A stretch of DNA of 64,000 nucleotides, from positions 1,178,001-1,242,000 of the forward strand of contig NC_081396.1 of assembly GCF_030684315.1 (NCBI RefSeq), given 5' to 3'. The notes under the pieces were generated by a model. The model had not been told where the DNA came from. It worked only from the letters and a program-made list of their open reading frames with translations, and did no database searches. Shown piece after piece: positions 36,951-48,565 of the stretch (position 1 is its first letter; the number at the start of each line of letters is the position of its first letter). This DNA comes from Stegostoma tigrinum (lineage: Eukaryota). A program made the position numbers and the translations under genes.

Positions 36951-37290
36951 GTAGAACATAGAACATAGAACAGTACAGCACAGAACAGGCCCTTCAGCCC
37001 ACAATGTTGTGCCGACCATTGATCCTCATGTATGCACCCTCAAATTTCTGTGACCATATGCATGTCCAGCAGTCTCTTAAATGACCCCAATGACCTTGCT
37101 TCCACAACTGCTGCTTGCAACGCATTCCATGCTCTCACAACTCTCTGTGTAAAGAACCCACCTCTGACATCCCCTCTATACTTTCCTCCAACCAGCTTAA
37201 AACTATGACCCCTCGTGCTAGCTATTTCTGCCCTGGGAAATAGTCTCTGGCTATCAACTCTATCTATGCCTCTCATTATCTTGTATACCT
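36951..37290 (-). mobile_element. Young CR1 LINE 3' end
   Basis: ORF MRGIDRVDSQRLFPRAEIASTRGHSFKL...FFTQRVVRAWNAL; (ATGTTCT)n tail on -. Confidence 0.92.
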
Positions 37291-37415
37291 ACATATTGTA
37301 TACATTGTATATGTATATCATATACATTGTATATCTTGTGCTGCTATCAATTTGGGTCATGTTCTGAGCTTTTGCGCACGCTACGCACAACAATGGCTGA
37401 AGCCCTGATGCTTTC

Positions 37416-37720
37416 CACTGGTCTCTCGTGCAGTGGCATTGAGTAGCAGCAGATGGTGGCATTTTCAACTCAAGAGAAAAACGTGTGAACTTTTTAATCA
37501 TCTCCCATTCCAATACTTTCAGACACATCATTTCCCAGTGCTAGTGTGTCCAGATTAAGGGTGTAAACTCAACATGTCGATTTTCCTGCTCCTCGGATGT
37601 TACCTGATCTGCTGATTTCCTCCTCCACTCCACACCGTATTGACAGAGGTGACAGCTAATTTTTAAATCTCTTTAGACATACCAACAGCTTAAATAACTC
37701 CACGAAGTCTGGTATCCCAT
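37416..37720 (-). pseudogene. Probable decayed IgH-like V pseudogene, interrupted by a Penelope-end fragment (~37575-37645)
   Basis: LKISCHL; HWEMMCLKVLEW; RFSLELKM...CHCTRD; then ACCAGTG and a spacer GAAAGCATCAGGGC resembling that of the intact VH-like gene. Confidence 0.5.
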
Positions 37721-38279
37721 CGCTAATTCAAGGTGCATTTGCCTGTGCTTGGTATACAATGCTGGAACAGACCTTCTCGCATTCTTGTTGATGTGTCAGA
37801 ACAATATTATCGGACCAGGTTAATGGCCCAATCAGTGTATTCATTCTATATAATCCATCTGGCTGACATTGTTCCAATCATTACATCCCTCCCCATCGCT
37901 GTCCTGGGACGTAGGCCTGTCCTTCGTTTTTACCTCTGAAAGCTCTCCTGGGGCGTTTTCGCATCATTTCTGGTTTTCTGGCCTCATCTTGGATACTGGC
38001 TTCATTTACAGGATGTAGCCCGTATCTTGTGTCCAGATCATCTCGGAAGAAATTAATCTGCTACTTCTGGTGGCAGTGGCGTTGAGGCTTCGGCATTTGC
38101 TGCGTCCATATCGTTCCTAGAGATTTGTTTATTGCTAGACAGAGGAGGAGATTCTGACAACCTTGTCGGATGTTGCAAGATGCCTGGTATGGTTAACTCC
38201 TGAGCAGTCTGTAAGTTTCAAGCACTCACCGTGGTCCATGTGCTTGGTTAGAACCACCTCTCCCACCTGAGCTTTGCAC

Positions 38280-39900
38280 ATTCAGGCCTCTTCTTCATGC
38301 AATGCCATTCCCGTGAATTTGACATCCAACGTCGTTCACTGAACTATTCTGCTCTGTCACTTACAGGAGACAGGAGTCTGGCATTGGTTTTCCTGATGCA
38401 TTTTCATCTATCCACACAGATCCAGAAGGACCACGCTAAGCGTGGTGCACAGTCTTCACCCCTTTAACAGCTTTGCTGGAACTTTCCTTGCAGTTGTGTG
38501 AGAAATGGTCTGGCAATCAAAGAGGAAATGGGACACTTTTGTTTTGGCTGAAGATGTAAGCTGTTTCTTTAGGCCATTTTTCAATTTTTGGATTCCTTTT
38601 ACCACCAGAAAATTGTATGATATGCTGCAGGGATTTGCTCCTACATGCCTAATGTAGGTCGCCTTGATGAAATATCCAAATTCCTTGATAGCAAATGATG
38701 AATGTTGTCTGTGACCACCACATGTACTGCACAAGATCCTCACAGATTTTTTTGTCGCTGTCCCCCTATATGGTGACTGAAGTCTATGCCCGTTCACCCA
38801 TTTCGAAATGGCATCCACACTGACTAAGAAGATAGAGCCCATGAAAGGTCGGGCATAGTCGGGTGTGTAAATGAGTTTACAACTTATACAGCCATTCCTA
38901 TGAGTATCAATAAGCTGCTGACGGTAATTTGTACCATTGTTGGGACTCGGGGAATAACCTCAACAACCCAGTTATGTTGACATTGAATTATCGTAAACAG
39001 ACATTACTTTTCACGAACATCTTCAGTTTGGAAACCCCTCATTGAGTTCAGCTGGAATATGGCGGTGACATTTAATAGGGAAAATCACACTCATCCCCCC
39101 CATAAAAAATGACGTCCTCTCTGGTGATGTGATCTCACTTGATCCAGAAAAGTTTCAATTCTGGGTCTGATGGCCCTTTTGTTTTACCCAATCGCCATCA
39201 ACTGTTTCAGTTTTGCCCTTATTTTTGTATCCACAGTTGGATATTGTCAGCGGTGGCCACAAGCGTGTCAACTAAGTTTGAAGTCAAATCAGAATCTTCT
39301 CATGGCGACACTACTGATGGTGTATTCGGCAGTGTGAGGTGGCGCAAGACATCCATATTGGCCACTTGTCCCTCTCCAGCTCCCCCCAAGAGTGTTCCAA
39401 CTTGCAATTGTACACACTGAGGATAACAGCCCACATCTGAATTGTCCCAGAATCTATGGGTAGCATGAAAACTGTCACATCTTCCTTCTCTATATGGCAT
39501 ATTTTTATTTTGGCATCGGCCAAAGTCCAGAGAGCGTACAGTATTGGGCGTGCCTCTTCACTACGCCATTGGTAAACACTGCCCTGGTAACATACAGAAA
39601 GGCATCCCGTGTCAGCACCATACCTTGCTTGAGAATGCAATGTGCCAATACCTCTGATGACGATAGGTGCATCTTGCCTACAAGACCATTTCCAAAGCTG
39701 ACCCATTGTTAAACACAGATGTAAGTGTGCCAGGATGGAGGCCAGGTTACTTATGAATATGTCATAATAATTCACCAATCTAAGGAAAAACCTAATCTCT
39801 GTCACAAACATGGGCGCCAGGCATCGTCAATCGCCTTCTCTTTATCTTCTAACAGGTGCAATCAGGCTGTGATCAACATTCGACTACAGGAACTCAAGAG
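38280..39900 (-). mobile_element. Gypsy/Ty3 pol remnant (RT connection, RNase H, integrase)
   Basis: VTEIRFFLRLVNYYDIFISNLASILAHLH...WKWS; RPILYALWTLADAKIKICHIEKE; MGSIFLVSVDAISKW...FAIKEFGYF...IQKLKNGLKK. Confidence 0.85.
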
Positions 39901-40594
39901 TATGATTGGCTCTTACCGGCCACCTGAACTGGCTTCACAAGCTATTGGGTTCAAGGCCTTTTGTGGAAGGGCACTAAATTCTCACCAGCAGGCGACACCC
40001 ATGCCTCACAAGTGTAAAAAGAAAGTTCCTGCAAAGAGTGCTGCGAAGAACCAGCAGAGACAGACAGATATATTTCAGGCTGAATGCAAAGAAACAGCAA
40101 TAGACGGCCAGTATCATGGTTAAACTGGTTAAAATTTTAATACTGACATAACTTTGAGATAGTGTTTAGTGACATAGCAGATGAAATTTGACGCCACGTA
40201 AGAGGTGATAATTTTTGGGATGGCAGTGATTTTCAGGAGTTCCAGAGTTCTGAATGGAGGCATAGCTGGCAGCTTTGGGGTCGCAATTAACTGAGTATGA
40301 CATTTATGCCAGCAAATTGATCAAAGAAAACAGAATCTTGAGAGTATGGCTACTGGCAATCTTGGGAACAACTTATCATCGATTGAACACAACATATCTG
40401 AATGCTCATTCCCCATTTCAAAGAGACAAGCTCAGATCGGTGTGTGTGAATTCCCGCAGAGATGCCTTTCTTGTTTCCACTCTTCGCGCATCCCAGTGAC
40501 AAAAGGTAGTGACGTGTAAGCAGCCAAAGACGTGACAACATTTAACTGCGAGATAGGTTATAGGATGAGTGTCTGTTCAGAGAAGACAATGTCA

Positions 40595-41015
40595 ATGCGG
40601 GTACTTAACGTCGACGTTGTGTTGACAGCGTTCCCACCAAGGAAATGTTCAGGAAATGCAATGCACATTGCTTTACACATCATTCTTTAAACTGATGCCA
40701 TCCTGACATTTTGCAATTGACATGTGTTTACGCTTTCAGACATGAGTCACATAGATTCCGTCACCCCGCCACTTTCTTCAGTGTCCGGGGGAAGGCGAAA
40801 CCATGACTGTAAGCTGTAGCTATGACAGTACACGGAGCAACTGGACAATATTCTGTTACTGGAAACACAGTTCAAGCATATTGTCAGCGAAAACTGGTAT
40901 GCTCATGAGTGTAATATGTTTCTGTACACAAATGTAATCGTCAAATATAACTTCCAGTAAGACTGCCCATCAGCACAGCTGACTAACTCAGCCGTGTTTT
41001 CTGGAACTCACTGTG
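40595..41015 (+). pseudogene. TRAV/TRDV pseudogene (leader 40595-40640, V exon 40740-41008)
   Basis: Leader MRVLNVDVVLTAFPP with donor mutated to GG; DMSHIDSVTPPLSSVS / EGETMTVSCSYDSTRSNWTIFCY; QLTNSAVF; heptamer CACTGTG at 41009. Confidence 0.85.
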
Positions 41016-41764
41016 AATATGCGCATCTTACCGCATTTAAAATAAAAAAAAAATCCGTTTTGGAAAAGGATGAGCGCTGGTTTTGAAGTTTATGTCGAAT
41101 TCTACACAGCCACAATGTTCTAGCAGGGGGTAAAATAAACATTCACACAAAAAGAAAGCCAAACTAACTCCGAAAAACTGTCAGCTAACTGCTATGGAAG
41201 TAAACTGCAGGCTCTGATCAGCACACAAACATGGAACAGCATTGTATGTTTAATATTCGTACGTTCACTGTTATGCCATATTTGTATACTTCTATTACTG
41301 TTTTCTGCTTTCTTAAAGTCTACCTTTATCTCCTGTGAGACACTTGCCCTTTTATAGGCTCCTTTGTGGATTGGTCTTTTAGTGTCGCAACATGAAAGGC
41401 TACATTGCACCATGTGTAAATCACTCGCTGAGTAACAGTGATGAGGAAGTGAGGGCGGAACCAGTCATGAAATGAATACACCCCGCAGCAAGGTGACTGG
41501 CCACAGTCTGTGTCTTTCCTTCCTTAATCTACTGAACGGTTCGCCTTAACGGTTGCAGTTGGTGCACTTTGAGAAAGGCCAGCAACAGGTCTATCCCTTC
41601 AACTTGGTTCATGTATTCCTGAGAGTTTAACAGCAACATAGTTTTATTGTTCACTTTCTGGTATGTTTTTCTGTTAAACTGTTTCTCAACTGACATTAAT
41701 CGAGTGGAACTTCAATTTTGCCAACTCGTAAGTGGCATTTCGGATGTGCAGAATCTTTCCCAGG

Positions 41765-42204
41765 ATGTACAATCGTCTTCTCATTTTATCGTTGATATTT
41801 GGTAGGTTTGGTGATGGATTGTGACTGTTTCCATATCTGTGAGGTCGTTGGATTTTCTAACACAGTACAGTAGTAAAACTGCAATTCATTTGTATTACAG
41901 GTGAGATTCGGTCAGATTCGGTCACACAACCTCGGACAACACTCACCGTGATGGAAGGCGATGGTGTGATCATAGACTGCATGTACACAACAAGTTATAC
42001 AGACCCTGACCTGTATTGGTACAGGCAGTCATCGAATCAGGCTCCAGAATTCATTTTATATCGAGATAATAGCAGGAAAAAAGACGCTGATTTTGTCAAT
42101 GGGAGATTTGTGGCCAACCAAACAACTTCAGAAAAGAAACTTCCTTTGAAGATTACCCGTTCAGAGATCCAGGACACTGCTATATATTTCTGCGGGTTGA
42201 GAAG
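41765..42204 (+). CDS. TRAV: Intact TCR alpha/delta variable gene segment; leader exon 41765-41801, V exon 41901-42204
   Basis: MYNRLLILSLIF-GEIRSDSVTQPRTTLTVMEGDGVIIDCMYTTSYTDPDLYWYRQSSNQAPEFILYRDNSRKKDADFVNGRFVANQTTSEKKLPLKITRSEIQDTAIYFCGLR; GT-AG intron; RSS follows. Alpha versus delta usage cannot be told from sequence. Confidence 0.93.
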
Positions 42205-42242
42205 CACAATGGTTTAAACACGGCTGTTGTTGTACAAAAACT
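42205..42242 (+). promoter_or_regulatory. RSS with 22-bp spacer
   Basis: CACAATG, 22 nt, ACAAAAACT. Confidence 0.92.
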
Positions 42243-42899
42243 TCAATGACATAAAACTGCCCCAGAAGTTGTACTTTGTAAGCATCTGCCACAGCTCAGG
42301 CAAATTCATTTTTCATCTGAATTAAGTTAGCCTAAGCGCAAGACTCGCTGAAGATCTGACAATCTTTGAGTTAAAGCTGTTTCTCACATGTCAGAACAGA
42401 GGGAATGCAAACTTTTTGCCGTTGTCACCATTTGACTAAGTCACAGTTGACCTTTTTTTGTCGAATACCTCTACCACTATTTTGGAATTGATTTTTTTTT
42501 GCACGTGCAGTATATTATTTTCTCAATAAAAATTAAGAACACAGGTGATTTCTTTCTTCTCCCGTGGGAAACTTTTGTGTGTGTAACTCACACATTTCCC
42601 CCATTGCAATGGAGTAGACTTCATAATTGTTTAGCTCGTTAGGGTAGTTTGGACATACCGACTGCAGTGTTTCAGAGAGGCTAAGACAAGGTGGAAAAAC
42701 AACATCCCATCTCCACTTTGAGACGTTACAGCCTTTAGTACTAAACATCAGTTTAAAAATTTGGAAATTTACCAATTCATTCCATGTCTTTCCCTATGTC
42801 CACCCAACTGGATCTGTTATGAAATCAATTGTCTTCAGTACAGATAACCTACCTTTAGCTACTCATCCAGTCCAATAGCATCTATCTAGTATCTGTTAG

Positions 42900-45000
42900 A
42901 ATGAAGAGCAAAGAAAAAAAGTTCCAATACAGGAACAGGCCCTTTCGTCCGCCAAGCCTGCATTGACGTGCTGGCCGTCACAACTAAAGCTGCCTACCCT
43001 TCCAGTGGCCGTATCCCTCTATTCCCATCCAATTCATATATTTATCAAGACGTCCTTTAAAAGTTACTATTGTATCTGATTCTTCTACCTCCCCGACAGC
43101 GAGTTCAATGTACACACCACCCTCTGTGCAAAGCACTTGCCTCGCACTTCACCTTTAAACCTTGCCCATTGCAGCTTGAACCTATGGCTGACTCTTCCAC
43201 CGTGGGAAAAATGCTTCCGACTGTCCAATCTGTCCAAGCCGTTCAGAACCTTGTAGACCTCTATCAGGTCGCCCCTCAACCTTTTTCGTTCCAGTGAGAA
43301 AAAAACCCAAGTTTTTCCAAACACTCCTCATAGTTCATGCCTGCAATAGCAGCCAATTTCCTGGTAAATCTTTCCTGGTTCCTTTCCAAAGCCACTATTT
43401 CCTTCTGGTAGAATGGTGAACAGAATTGAACAGAATATTCCAAATGCGGCCTAACCAATGCTCTATAAAGCTGCATCGTTACCTGCCAATTTTTAAACTC
43501 AGTGCCCTGGCCGTTGAAGGCAAGTATGCCATATCAGTTGTTGATTACCTTTTGCACCTGCGTTGCTACTTTCAATGACCTGTGTCCCTGTCCACCCAGA
43601 TCCCTCTGCCTATCAGAACTGTTAAGGGTTTCTGCCATTTACTGTATATTTCCCATCTGATTTGGACCTTGCAAAATGCATTACCTCACATTTGACTGGC
43701 TGAAAGGGCATCTGCCATATCTCTGCCCAAGTCGCCAACCAATCTATGTCCAGTTGTACACTGTGATGGTCCTCATTATTATCTGCTATTCGATCAATCT
43801 TTGTGTCATCAACAAATTTACGAACCTTACTCCTCTAAATCATTTATATATATTACAAACAACAAAGATCCTCACACTGATCACTGAGGAACGTCAAGAG
43901 TGACAGCCCTCAACTGCTGAAATGTAGCCTTCCACTGCAACCCTCTGCCTTCTATGACTGAGCCTGTCTTTTCTCCATCTTTCAAGCTCACATCTGCCCA
44001 TGTGTGACTTTATCTTCTGTATCAATCTGCCACGAGGAACCTTGTCAATGGCTTTCCTGAAGTCCATGTCGACAAACATTCACTGCTCTACCCTCATTGA
44101 TCATCTTTGTCACTTCCTCAAAAAACTCAAGCAAGTGAGTAAGGCACGACCTTCCCTTTACAAATCTATGTTGCCTCTCGTTAATATACTCATTTATTTC
44201 CATGTGGGAGTAAATCGTGCCTCGAAGAATGCTTTCCAATAATTTCCCTAACACTGATGTACGTCTCACCGGCCTGTAATTAGTCTTAAACAAAGGAACA
44301 ACATCCCTCTGCGACATCCCCTGTAGACAGTGTGAAGATGAAGATTTCCCTCCAGGCCCCAGCAATATTGTCCGTTGCCTCTTTCAGTATTCTGGTGTAT
44401 ATCACATCAGTCCCTGGGGACTTGTCTACCTTAATGTCTTCCGAGACGCCCAATACTTCCTCCCTTTTGATGTCAACATGACCCAACTGAGCTGCACACC
44501 TTTCCCCAGGCTTATCATCTACCATGTCCTCCTCTATGGTGAATACTGACACAAAGTACTTATTTAATACCTTGCCCATTTCGTTTGGTTCCACACATAA
44601 ATTCACTTTCCTGTTCTTGCATGGGCCAAGCGTCTGCCTGGCCACCCATATGCTTTTTAGATGTGTATAAAGAAAAGCCTTGGAATTTTCCTTGACCAAT
44701 GACTTGTCATGATTCCTTTTAGTCTTCCTCACTGTTTGCTGAAGGTTCTTTCGACTTTACTTGCATTCCACCCTTGTTTCCCGTGTTTCCAGCCTCCTAG
44801 CCTTGATAAATGCTTTCTTATTCTTTGTGAAACGGCTCACAATAACGCTCGTTATCCAAATTTTCCTAAACTTGCTACACTTATCCATATCCTTAATGGC
44901 GCTTTCTGGTCCTGAGTTCCTAGCAACTTACACTTGAAAGCCCCCCACACATCATATGATGATTTGGCTCAAACATATGCCTCCAATCTGCACTCTTCAA
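42900..45000 (-). mobile_element. CR1 LINE, 5'-truncated ORF2
   Basis: NYRPVRRTSVLGKLLESILR, MDFRKAIDKVPRGRL, LYRALVRPHLEYSVQFCSP, RRLRGDLIEVYK-type motifs. Confidence 0.92.
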
Positions 45001-45004
45001 TTCA

Positions 45005-45915
45005 GAAATCGGAGGAACTGCAGATGCTGGAGAATCTGAGATAATGAGGCGTAGAGCTGGATGAACACAGCAGGCCAAGCAACATTAGAGGAGCAAGAAA
45101 GCTGAACATTTGGGCCTCGGCCCTTCTTCACAAATGGGGGAGGGGATGTGGGTTCTGAACTGAATGGGGAGAGAGGGGGAGGCAGATAGAAGATGGATAA
45201 TGGAGAATATAAATGGAGTGGAGACAGACAGGACAAAAAGATGGTGATGGAACCAGTAAAGGTGATTGCAGGTGGAAAGTTAGGGGGGGGGGGGGATATG
45301 TTAGTCCAAGGAGGAAGGGCTGGTCAAGAGGGCGGGATTCGTTTAGTAGGGAGGAGATGGGGGTGGGGATTGAGGTGGGAGGAGGGTACAGGTCGAAGGA
45401 TGGACAGGTTAGAGAGGCAGGGACAAGCTGCACTGGTTTTGGGATGCAGTTGGAGGAGGGGAGATTTTTAAGCTTGTGAAGTCCACATTGATACCATTGG
45501 GCTGTAGGGTTCCCAACTGAAATATGAGGTGCTGTTCCTAACAACATTCGGGTGACAGCATTGTGGCACTGCAGGAGGCTGAGAATGGACATGTCATCTA
45601 AGGAATGGAAAGGAGCGATGAAATGGTGCACGACTGGGAGGTGCAGTTGTTTATTGCAAACCGAGTGTAGGTGTTTCACAAAGGGGACCCCAAGCCGCCG
45701 CTTGCTTTCCCCAGTGTAGAGAAGGCGACAACGGGAATAGCAGATACAGTATACCATATTATCAGATGTGTAAGTCAACACCCGCTTGATGTGGAAGCTC
45801 TTCTTGGGGCCTGGATGGAGGTGAGGGGGAAGTCATAGGGGCAGGTATAGCACTTCCGGCGGTTGCAAGGATAAGTGCTGGATGTGTTGGGGTTGGGGGT
45901 GGAGGTTGGTGTGGC
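45005..45915 (-). mobile_element. Penelope-like retroelement fragment (GIY-YIG), frameshifted
   Basis: NMVYCICYSRCRLLYTGESKRRLG...HLHSV...PVVHHF; homologous to 13841-14880. Confidence 0.9.
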
Positions 45916-46625
45916 GTGGTACTTTTTTTCATTTCATTTAATTGGCATTTGATTTTAAAGCAGGATTAAGATAAGCTTAAAAGCAAAAATGGCAGGAGTT
46001 CCCAGGCCCGTGTTATGCTCCTCTTGCTCATTGTGGGAGATCAGGGAATTGACTAATGGCCCTGAGTCTTACACATGCAGGAAGTGTCTCCAGCTGCAGC
46101 TTTTGTTAGACAGCTTGGCTGCTCTGGAGTGGGGATGGACTCACTTTGGAGCATCTGAGTTGCTGAGGAAGTCGTGGATAGCACGTTCAGTAACTTGGTC
46201 ACATTACAGATTAAGATCACTGAGGGAGAAAGGGGATGGGTGACTGAAAGTCAGAAAAAAGCAGGAAGTCAGGCAAGTGCCCCTGTGGTCATCTCCCTCC
46301 AAAACAGGTATACCATTTTGTACACTGTTGGGGGAGATGGCTCACCAGGGGAAGGCAGCAGAAGCCAAGTTCATGGCACCGTGGCTGGTTCTGCTGTGCA
46401 GAAGGGTGGGAAAAAGAGTGGCAGGTCTATAGTCATAGAAGATTCGATTCTAAGGGGAGTAGATAGGTGGTTCTGTGGTCGCAAACGAGACTCCTGAATG
46501 GCATGTTGCCTCCCAGGTGCACAGTTCAGGGATGTCTCAGATCGACTTCAGGACATTATGAATGGGCAGGGTGAACAGTCCGATGTCGTGGTGCATATAA
46601 GCGCCAATGATACAGGTTATAAAAA

Positions 46626-46769
46626 CCTTTCCATTCCTTAGATGACATGTCCATTCTCAGCCTCCTGCAGTGCCACAATGCTGTCACCCGAATGTTGTTA
46701 GGAACAGCACCTCATATTTCAGTTGGGAACCCTACAGCCCAATGGTATCAATGTGGACTTCACAAGCTT
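46626..46769. repeat. 144-bp perfect inverted copy of 45470-45613 inserted into CR1 ORF1
   Basis: Reads as the exact reverse complement by eye. Confidence 0.92.
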
Positions 46770-47780
46770 GAGGTCCTACAAGCAGAATTTAGGGAATAAG
46801 GAGCCAAACTAAAAAGTAGGACCTCAGAGGTAGTAATTTCAGGATTGCTATCAGTGCCACGTGCTAATCATTTTAGAAATGAAAGAACAAGCAGGATAAA
46901 TGAGTGGCTTGAGAGATGGTGCAGGAAGGAGAGGTTCAGAGTTTTGGACATTGGGACCGGTTCTGGGAGAGATGGGACTATTGCAAATCGGATGATCTAC
47001 ACCTGGGCAGGACAAGAAGCCATGTCCTAGGGACTGCTTTTATTAAAGCTATTCAGAGAGGGTTTAAACTAATGTGGCAGTGGGATGAGGACCAAATGAG
47101 AATGTTAGTGGATAGTAAGAAGGTAGTAACTAAAGTCTTCAAGGAACTAGATAGTGAATTCAGTGTGACTAAGGGGGAGAGTAGGGGGAGAGCAGATGAT
47201 GAACACAGAGGGACAGGTGGTCTTAGGTGCATTTGCTTTGATACAAGAAGTATAGTAGGTAAGGCAGATGAACTTAGGGCTTGGTTTAGTGCCTGGAAGT
47301 ATGATGCTATTGCCATTATGGATAATTGGTTGGAGGAAGGGCAAGATTGGTCACTAAATATCCCAGGACATAGATGCTTCAGGCGGGTTAGACAGGGAGA
47401 TAAAGGGGGTGGAGGAGTTCCATTACTGGTCAAAGAGGATAACACAGCTATACTGAAGGAAGACACTATGGATAATTCGTCCAGTGAGACAATATGGGCA
47501 AAGTTCAGAAAGAGGAATGGTGCTGTAACAATGATGAGCCTGTACTACAGGCCTCTAAACAGAGACCGTGAGATAGGGGCACAAATATGTGGACAGATTA
47601 TGGAAAGATGTAGGAGCAACAGAATGGAGGTGATGGGAGATTTTAATTTTCCCAACATTGGCTGGGGTTCACTTAGTGTTCGGGGTTTAGATGGCGAAGA
47701 ATTTGTCAGGATCATCCAAGAGAGTTTTCTCGAGCAGTATATAAATAGTCCAACTCGGGAAGCGGCCATACAGGACCTGG

Positions 47781-48565
47781 TGGCAAGAACAGGAAGGCAG
47801 ATTACCATCTAAATGGAGTCAAGTCAGTTAAAAGGGAAGTACAACGAGATCTAGGTGTTCTTGTACATCAGTCAATGAAAGCAAGCATGCAGGTACAGCA
47901 GGCAGTGAAGAAAGCTAATGGCATGCTGGCCTGCATAACAAGAGGAATTGAGTATAGGAGTAAAGAGGTCCTTCTGCAGTTCTACAGGGCCATGGTGAGA
48001 CTGCACCTGGGGTATTGTGTGCAGTTTTGGTCACCAAATTTGAGGAAGGACATTCTTGCTATCGAGGGAGTGCACCGTATGTTCACAAGGTCAATTCCTG
48101 GAATGGTGGGACTATCATATATTGAAAGATTGGAGCGACTGGGCTTGTATACACTTGAATTTAGAAGGATGAGAGCGGATCTGATCCAGACGTTTTAGAC
48201 TATTAAAGGATTAGGCACTCTGGAGGCAGGAAGCATATTTCCACTGATGGGTGAGTCCAGAGCCAGAGGACACAGTTTAAAAATAAGGAGTACGCCATTT
48301 AGAGCAGAGTTGAGGAAAAAATTTCTTCACCCAAAGGGTGGTGGATATATGGAATGCTCTGCCCCAGAAAGCAGTGGAGGCCAAGTCTCTGGGTACTTTC
48401 AAGAAAGAGATGGATAGAGCTCTTAAAGATAGTGGTATCAAGGTTCATGGGGATAAGGCAGGAATAGGATACTGATTGTGGATGATTAGCCATGATCATA
48501 ATGAACGGTGGTGCTGGCTCAAAGGGCCGAATGGCCTACTCCTTCACGCATTATCTACTATCTAT
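47781..48565 (+). mobile_element. Nested CR1 3' fragment inside the APE region of the long CR1
   Basis: QVQQAVKKANGMLACITRGIEY...YCVQFWSPNLRKD. Host sequence breaks at GACCTGG (47780) and resumes at GAATGAGCCC (~48567). Confidence 0.9.
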
